A DNA stretch of 64,000 bases, from the NCBI GenBank assembly GCA_964016885.1, contig OZ024760.1, forward strand, positions 5,766,001 through 5,830,000, in the 5' to 3' direction. This DNA is from Eledone cirrhosa (lineage: Eukaryota). The position numbers and the translations under genes were made by a program. The notes under the pieces were generated by a model that was not told the origin of the DNA, searched no databases, and was given only the letters and a program-made list of their open reading frames with translations. Shown piece by piece: positions 56,339 to 64,000 of the stretch; positions within the stretch are counted from its first letter, which is position 1; each line of letters opens with the position of its first letter.

Positions 56339-56545
56339 GATGGAACCAGTTTGAGACTGGTTAGACCATTACTCAACAGAGTACTTGATACTTGGGGTAG
56401 TAGAAACCAAGCCAAACTACAGGCTCATATGAACATGTCCCCCGAACGTGACTTTTCTCATAATGTGACAACCCATCCAACCCATTCAAGCAGGCAACGA
56501 CAGACGTATGATGATGAGCAAGCAGGAAAAATCTGACGTGAAATA

Positions 56546-57161
56546 ATGATGGTGGTGGTGGTGGTGGTGATGGTGGTGGTGGTGGTGATGATGGTGGTGG
56601 TGGTGGTGGTGGTGGTGATGATAATGATGATGCTGATAATGGTGGTGGTGGTGGTGGTGGTGGTGATGGTGGTGGTGGTGGTGGTGATGGTAGTGGTGGT
56701 GGTGGTGGTGGTGGTGATGGTGGTGGTGGTGATGGTGGTGGTGGTGGTGGTGATGATAATGATGATGCTGATAATGATGATGGTGGTGGTGATGGTGGTG
56801 GTGGTGGTGGTGGTGGTGGTGATGGTGGTGGTGGTGGTGATGATGATGGTGATGATGGTGATGATAATGATGGTGGTGGTGGTGGTGGTGATGATGGTGA
56901 TGATGATGATGGTGATGATGATGGTGATGATGGTGATGGTGGTGATGATGATGATGATGGTGATGATGATGGTGATGGTGATGATGGTGATGGTGGTGAT
57001 GAGGGTGATGGTGGTGGTGGTGGTGATGATGGTGATGATGGTGATGGTGGTGGTGATGATGATGGTGATGATGGTGATGGTGGTGATGGTGGTGATGGTG
57101 GTGGTGATGATGGTGATGGTGGTGATGGTGGTGATGATGATGGTGATGATGGTGACGGTGG

Positions 57162-57217
<56 letters not shown>
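56546..57217. repeat. (GGT)n/(GAT)n trinucleotide array
   Basis: Seen directly. Confidence 0.95.
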
Positions 57218-57404
57218 GCAGTTTGATTGAAACGCAATGTAGATAGATGTAAATACTGAAATATATATTTTTTTTATATCTGTAAAATATAAGATTGTTA
57301 ATAGTTGGAGAAAAGATATTAATCCTGTGAGGAACAACAGACATTCAGACATCTGGGCACTTGGAATAAATCACATTTTCTTTATATGAAAATATTTATT
57401 GTAC

Positions 57405-57455
<51 letters not shown>

Positions 57456-57609
57456 TGTGTGTGTGTGTATATATGTGTGTGTATATATATGTGTGGGTGT
57501 GTGTGTATATATATATATGTGTGTGTGTATATATATATGTGTGTGTGTGTGTATATATATATATGGGTGTGTGTGTGTGTGTATATATATATAGGTGTGT
57601 GTGTATATA

Positions 57610-57646
<37 letters not shown>

Positions 57647-57701
57647 GTGTGTGTGTGTATATATATGTGTGTGTGTATATATATGTGTGTGTGTATATAT
57701 A

Positions 57702-57769
<68 letters not shown>

Positions 57770-58478
57770 CCCACACATATATTCAATAAATAATATATAT
57801 ACAAAAAATACATATATATATATATATGTATATACACATCTACATTTTTATATACATGCACATCCATACTCACATGAGTGCGTGTCTGTGTGTATATATA
57901 TATATGTATATATACATACATATTTACATTTATATACACACGTGTATGTGTGTATATATATATATGTATATATACATACATATTTACATTTATATACACA
58001 CGTGTATGTGTGTATATAAGTGTAATTACAATGAAAACTACTTAAAAATACTTCATACTTTATTGGCCGTTTCATTTACAGTACAACATGCTCCCTCTCT
58101 TTGTCACTCTCCCTGTCTCCCCCTCTCTCTCACTCTATTTGTCTCTCTCCCTCTCTCCCCCTCTCTTTGTCTCCCCCTCCCTCTCTCTTTCTCCCCCTCT
58201 TTCTTTGTACCTCTGCCCTCCCTCTCTCTTTTTCTCTCCCTCCCTCTCATTTTCTTTCTCTATCAGTCTCTCTTTGTCTGCCCCACTATCCCTCCTCCCT
58301 CTCTCTCTTTGACTCCCCTCTCACCCCCTCTCTCTTTGACTCCCCTCTCACCCCTCTCTCTTTGACTCCCCCTCTTCCTCTCTATTTGCCACCCCCACCC
58401 ATCTCTCCATTCCACGTACACAAACAGACCATATGTATTTCACTTTTGTATATAAAAGCCGGATGGACAAAAAAAAAT

Positions 58479-58521
<43 letters not shown>

Positions 58522-59174
58522 TGAGTGGATGATGTGTATGTATGTATAGTCGCTTCGTTCTTGAGGATGCACGCTAATTTTGACAACCAAAAATTTGAAA
58601 AAAAATAAACAACCTTCGGCCTCCAGGATGCATAGTAGATTTTTTAAACTTATTCTACGAAAAAAGTAGCATCTTCGAAAAGCTGGGAAATAAATACAGT
58701 ATATATATATATATGTCCAGAATTAGCCATCGAAACGGCTTGAGCTCAGCCGTCGGGGTCTTACCGGTTCCTATATATATATATATATATATCATCATCA
58801 ACGTTTAACGTCCGTGTTCCACGCTTGCATGATATATATATATATATATATATATATAAGATCAAAAGATGGTTAAATGAGTTCCATGTATTTTATTATG
58901 CGCATTTCAAAAACAAATATCATCATGCAATAACATTTGTGTTTTCATCAGATAAAATAGGAGGACATGATATGAAGGTTAAAAAACACTTGTGGATAGT
59001 GCAGTTTTAAATCAAATTGATCTTATATATTATGTATACTCCAGTCCTACAAACTGTAGAGTGCTTCTTATCCGATATCTGCATTGCTTTATTGTACTAC
59101 AATAAAACTCACCTCCTACATATATATATATACCATATTTATTTCCCAGCTTCGGCTATACACACACACATACT

Positions 59175-59220
<46 letters not shown>

Positions 59221-59268
59221 AGTATATGTGTGTATAGGTGTGAGTGTGTATGTGTGTATGTGTATATA

Positions 59269-59305
<37 letters not shown>

Positions 59306-59534
59306 GAACGAGTAGGACCCCGACGGCTGAGCTCAAGCCGTTTTGACGGCTAATTCTGGACGCTAACTCTGAGTCCAGAATTAGCCGTCGAAACGGCTTG
59401 AGCTCAGCCATCGGGGTCCTACTCGTTCCTATTACCCACTCTACTACCCTAAGTATTGAGTACTTTGGTGCGTTATGGTCCATCTGGTTCCTTACCACAT
59501 TTCCTTCGTTATATATATATATATATATATATTG

Positions 59535-59697
59535 TGGTTGGTGTTAGGAAGGGCATCCAGCTGTAGAAAACCCGCCAGACAGTCCTATGCGAGCAAGACA
59601 ATCACTCTTGCCTCAAGTGGGAAAACCCCCGTCCAAACCCATGCAAGCGTGGAACACGGACGTTAAACGTCGATGATGATGATGATGATGATGATGA
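59535..59697 (+). mobile_element. RTE-related bipartite SINE/LINE tail fragment
   Basis: GGTGTTAGGAAGGGCATCCAGCTGTAGAAA...ACCCATGCAAGCGTGGAACACGGACGTTAAAC-(GAT)n. Confidence 0.7.
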
Positions 59698-60325
59698 TAT
59701 GCATTTCTTCCATTTGAAATTTTCAGATATGATTTTATTACGCTCTGAATGGATTGATTTTTGTTAATTTTTTCATAGAGCAAAAAATAGTCTTTATATA
59801 TATCTATACTTGTGTAAAGGTATATATATATATTTCTTCATTTAATTTGTAATACACTCCCCTATGGTGGAGTCAAAACTTGGTCGAATCAAACTGCTTT
59901 TTCTAGCAGCATGCGACCTGCCAATGTCTTCCTTACTACCCTCCTGTTGATAGCCTCTCATATAATGTTTCTTTCATTTGAAATTTTCACTGATGGAGAA
60001 CAAGGAAGTATTTTTCTGTCTTGAATTTTCTTTCTTGACTGAGCAAGTCTCCTGATGATTTGAGATTTCTCGCAATACTCTGAGTATTTTTATTTTCTCA
60101 ATGAAACTGCAGTAGGGACATTAAAATAAGTAAAGATTTTTTTCTTCTCTTGTTTGCTTTTCCCAGATATCATTATATATATATCATTATCATCATCATC
60201 ATTGATTAATGTCTATCTTCCACGCTAGCATGGGTTAGACGGGTTTGTCCCATTTAGAGGCAAGTTGGGTTGGGTGACCATGTCTCGCCCATATAGGAGA
60301 GTTTATATATATATATATATATATA

Positions 60326-60460
60326 TAATAATTGTTTCTACTTTTGGCACAAGGCCAGCAATTATCCCAGAGCATTACTGGTACTTTATTTTATCAACCC
60401 CGTAAGGATGAAAGGCAAAGTTAACCTCGGCAGGATTTGAACTCAGAACGTAAAGGACGA
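60326..60460 (-). mobile_element. 5'-truncated SINE family 2
   Basis: Core and tail match 41434..41611. Confidence 0.8.
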
Positions 60461-60637
60461 TTTGTTAAGTCTTCATTATGCTTATTGATTGGTGACGCGC
60501 ATTTGGTTAATGATCAGCTCAAGGTTCGATCTGTATCGATTTGGCCCGACTTTGGAATCAAAAGCTCATCGGACTTCTGCTGTTGTAATGACAGGTTCAC
60601 CTAGGTGAACCTACAGTAACTTCACGTTACACTTCCT

Positions 60638-60685
<48 letters not shown>

Positions 60686-61083
60686 CCGACAGACAACCTT
60701 TCCCCCACCCCGGAAAAAACCCCCAGTTGATGGATGTGAATCCGAAATATATAGGGACAATTAAATCTCTCCCAAGGTAACTCTCTCTCGTGTTGTTATT
60801 TTTATTTTTCCTTTATACTCTTTCCTTCATTCTTCTACACATCTTATACACACCACGCATCTCAACGTACACCCACTTACATCTCTCTCTCCACCACCCG
60901 ATCTTGTTACCCGGAGATTTACCCATTTGCATTGTCGAGGCTTCCAAACGACTTAAAGATATATATATTATTTTTGCAAGGTTTTTGATATGAAATCATG
61001 TGTTGAAACAGATATTGTTATATTTGGGGAAGGTCATGTTGTCCTAATATTGCCAGAAAAATAGTAAAGCCCACTCACTGGAG

Positions 61084-61775
61084 ATGAAAGGGATTTTCCT
61101 GCTGTACAGGAGCAAATCATGGAATAGCATAGATAGGATTAGACAAAAGATAGGGAAAACCAGCTCATGGTACGACAATCAGAGATACCAGAGTGTCATG
61201 TTTGTGGATGCAACCCCTGAAGGTGAACTAGCTAGTCAATTTAGGAAGGCCCTAAGAAAAACCTATTTAAATATTAAAGTGGTAGAAAAGCAAGGAACTT
61301 CCATAAAATCCCTGATCAGTAAAACTTACCCCTTTAACCCTTCAGCAATTACATTACTCTATATTTACTATTGTATTTTCGTGGTAAACACTTTATCTCA
61401 TATAATATCGAATCTTTGAGATATTGATATTATTTATTTTGAGAACCATACCTTAACATCAGTATGAGTGGCCAGTTACAGACTGTTTGAACAGAAAGAG
61501 ATGAGAGAAATCTGGCCAGATATGGTCATTTTAAGAAAACCCACTGTACTAATAAGAAATATGTAGTATGTAGAGTATGTCCACAAATAAATTGTAACAC
61601 TAGAAATGTAGTCTACAGCCTAAGATGTACAGAGGGTACCTGCAGAAACATGACAACGACATACATAGGAGAGACAGCTCATAGCATAGGCGAGAGAACA
61701 GATGGACACTGGAGTGAACTAAAAGGACAGAAAGATAATATATGAACACACCAGACTAAAACATGAAGGTAAAAT
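61084..61775 (+). pseudogene. Decayed PLE of a different family (thumb/linker + GIY-YIG), split by a MITE
   Basis: YRSKSW...SVMFVDATPEGELA...IKVVEKQG...KTYPF, then after 61534 KKTHC...CRVC...CNTRNVVYSLRC...TYIGETAHSIGERTDGH. Confidence 0.75.
61338..61530 (-). mobile_element. piggyBac-type MITE, one TIR deleted
   Basis: Reverse homolog of 37462..37682, between TTAA 61334-37 and TTAA 61531-34. Confidence 0.75.
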
Positions 61776-62174
61776 CATTGTAAGTCAAACATATTGGAAT
61801 TTAAATTTCAACACATTTAATTAATTCATTCATTCATTCATTTATACTCTTTAAAAATTAATTATTGACTGTTAAATTTGTTCCATAAAGCAGGTTTAAT
61901 TTGTCAAAGTTAATTTTTCAAATTGTGATAGAGAACAATAAAATTTAAATTCCCTGTGAAATATTGTAAATAATTGATCTGTTGAAAATGTTACTGGTGG
62001 AAAAAACAAATTCTTTTTACTGTGATATTTATTTCGATTTTTCTCAAATGACCTCTGATATACGAGCTAACATATTAGGCCTCTAGGTGGTCGGTTCACG
62101 TGCAAGAAATAACAAAATCTTCCTCAAATCACAATCTACTCTCTGAGAAAAGAACATGTTTTATATAAACTAGA

Positions 62175-62602
62175 CTAGCAGAAAACTGCCCACCGTGTGG
62201 TTTTCTGCTAGTATATATATATATTACACACACAGAAATGTATATATATTTCTGTGTGTGTATATATATATATATATTACACACACAGAAATGTATATAT
62301 ATTTCTGTGTGTATATATATATATATATTACACACACAGAAATGTATATATATTTCTGTGTGTATATATATATATTTCTGTGTGTGTATATATATATATA
62401 TTACACACACACAGAAATGTATATATGTTTCTGTAGCACTCCTCCATTCCCCCCTCTCTCCCTCCCGCTATCCCCCTCTTGTAGTCTGTCTCTTTCTTTC
62501 ACTCTCACTCTACGCGTGCGCAAAAAACATTCGCACGCGCGCACGTGTTTCCACTGTCGGACAGACAGACAGAGAAATTTCTGGTTATATATTATAAGGA
62601 GA
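62175..62602 (-). mobile_element. Non-autonomous Helitron
   Basis: Minus strand: A/TCTCCTTATAATATATAA...(CTGT)n start; subterminal hairpin CCACACGGTGGG; CTAG/T end; internal palindromic minisatellite. Confidence 0.7.
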
Positions 62603-62893
62603 TAAGGACAACGTAAACACTTTATTTCACATAATTATCTCACATAGTATTGAATCTATGAGATTTTGAGAATACCTTAACATCACTATGAGTGGCCAGT
62701 TATGGCCGGTTTGAATAGAAAGAAGTGAGAGAATTCTAGGCAGATACAGCAGGTTTAAATGCTAAAGGGTTAAGCTGGTAGAGGTAATATCTGAGGCTGA
62801 ATTGGCTGCTATTTCTAGCTGGTCAAGCAAACTTGATACCATCACTAACCCATCTCTTTCTAGATCTTATACAATGTATCTGTCTGTCTTTAA

Positions 62894-63110
62894 CCCTTTA
62901 GAATTTAAACCGGCCATATCTGGTCAGAATTCTCTCACTTCTTTCTGTTCAAACAAGCTGTAACTGGCCACTCATACTGATATTAAGGTATTGTTCTCAA
63001 AATAAATAATATCAAAATCTCATAGATTCGATATTATGGGAGATATGTGAGATAAAGCCTTTACTGTGAAAATACAATAGTATATATAGAGTAATGTAAA
63101 TGCTAAAGGG
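62894..63110 (+). mobile_element. piggyBac-type MITE (partial inverted copy at ~62617..62770)
   Basis: TTAA-CCCTTTAG...GCTAAAGGG-TTAA. Confidence 0.85.
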
Positions 63111-63166
63111 TTAAGCTGGTAGAGGTCACATCTGCAGCCAAACTGGCTGCTATTTTTAGCTGCATA

Positions 63167-63376
63167 GGACATGTGATGCATATGAAGGATGACAGTTGCA
63201 TAAAAAGGTGCAGAGCACTAAAAGTTGATGGAAGCCATGGAGTGGGGAGACCCAAGAAGACCTGGGATGAGGTGATAAAATCTGATCTTGCCCAATTGCA
63301 CCTCTCAACGGCGATGACACAGAAGCGTGACCTCTGGCGTCACGCAGTAATACTGAAGAACCGACTTCCCATGTGA
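63167..63376 (+). pseudogene. RTE ORF C-terminal remnant related to the 21240 LINE
   Basis: GHVMHMKDDSCIKRC...GRPKKTWDEVIKSDL...RDLWRHAV, compared with GHVMRMEDDRWVKKC...GRPRKTWAEVVRTDL...RDEWRDAV. Confidence 0.8.
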
Positions 63377-63424
63377 ACAAGCCAAAGCTGAATCATATAG
63401 ACAATATGCCCACTCCTCCTCCCA

Positions 63425-64000
63425 CTGCAAAGTGGTTGTGTAGGTGTCACGACAAAAAAACACCCAGTCCACACTGTAAAGTGATTGTGTAGGCGCCACA
63501 GAAAAAAGCACCCAGCACTCACTGTAAAGTGGTCGTGGAGGTGTCACAGAAAAAAAGCACCCAGCACTCACTGTAAAGTGGTCGTGGAGGTGTTACGGGA
63601 AAAAAGCACCCAGCACTCACTGTAAAGTAGTCGTGCAGGCACCACGACAAAAAAGCACCCAGCACTCACTGTAAAGTGGTCGTGGAGGTGTCACGGCAAA
63701 AAAGCACCCAGCACTCACTGTAAAGTGGTCGTGGAGGTGTCACGGAAAAAAAGCACCCAGCACTCACTGTAAAGTGGTCGTGGAGGTGTCACGGCAAAAA
63801 AGCACCCAGTCCACACTGTAAAGTAGTCGTGCAGGCACCACGACAAAAAAGCACCCAGCACTCACTGTAAAGTGGTCGTGGAGGTGTCACGGCAAAAAAG
63901 CACCCAGCACTCACTGTAAAGTGGTCGTGGAGGTGTCACGGCAAAAAAGCACCCAGCACTCACTGTAAAGTGGTCGTGGAGGTGTCACGGAAAAAAAGCA
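63425..64000. repeat. 49-bp tandem repeat (at least 11 units, runs off the window) derived from the SINE body / RTE 5' UTR
   Basis: Unit AAAAGCACCCAGCACTCACTGTAAAGTGGTCGTGGAGGTGTCACGGCAA; cf. 12754-12797 and 21113-21154. Confidence 0.92.

Noticed and set aside
56373-57352. Poly-His, poly-Pro/Ser and poly-Val/Met ORFs
   Set aside because: A trinucleotide array open in several frames on both strands.
63425-64000. CRISPR-like appearance of the 49-, 29- and 42-bp arrays
   Set aside because: Head-to-tail repeats with no unique spacers, no cas genes, and a eukaryotic TE origin.

Overview
Very AT-rich, microsatellite-laden eukaryotic DNA. The SINE, LINE and simple-repeat complement suggests an octopus or other coleoid cephalopod (inference). 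The left 26.7 kb holds two near-identical intact Penelope-like retroelements (RT + GIY-YIG, Naiad-like) in tandem and inverted arrangement, plus an intact RTE LINE with a PHD finger inserted inside its RT. This cluster probably lies in an intron of a minus-strand host gene, of which two exons are visible. The rest is SINEs, decayed LINE/PLE/LTR/Helitron/piggyBac-type MITE pieces and TE-derived minisatellites. Two signals stand out. First, about ten sequence-distinct families of type I hammerhead ribozyme motifs occur, mostly in short fold-back units embedded in (TA)n. Second, a covarying bulged RNA hairpin, RCUC-[stem]-UW-GAGY, recurs in at least 13 unrelated repeat families, downstream of the hammerhead where one is present and typically 30-80 nt before the (TA)n junction. 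It is a candidate, apparently undescribed, RT-recognition or initiation signal of Penelope-like elements. All calls were made by eye without database searches or folding software. Almost all other track ORFs are microsatellite artefacts.
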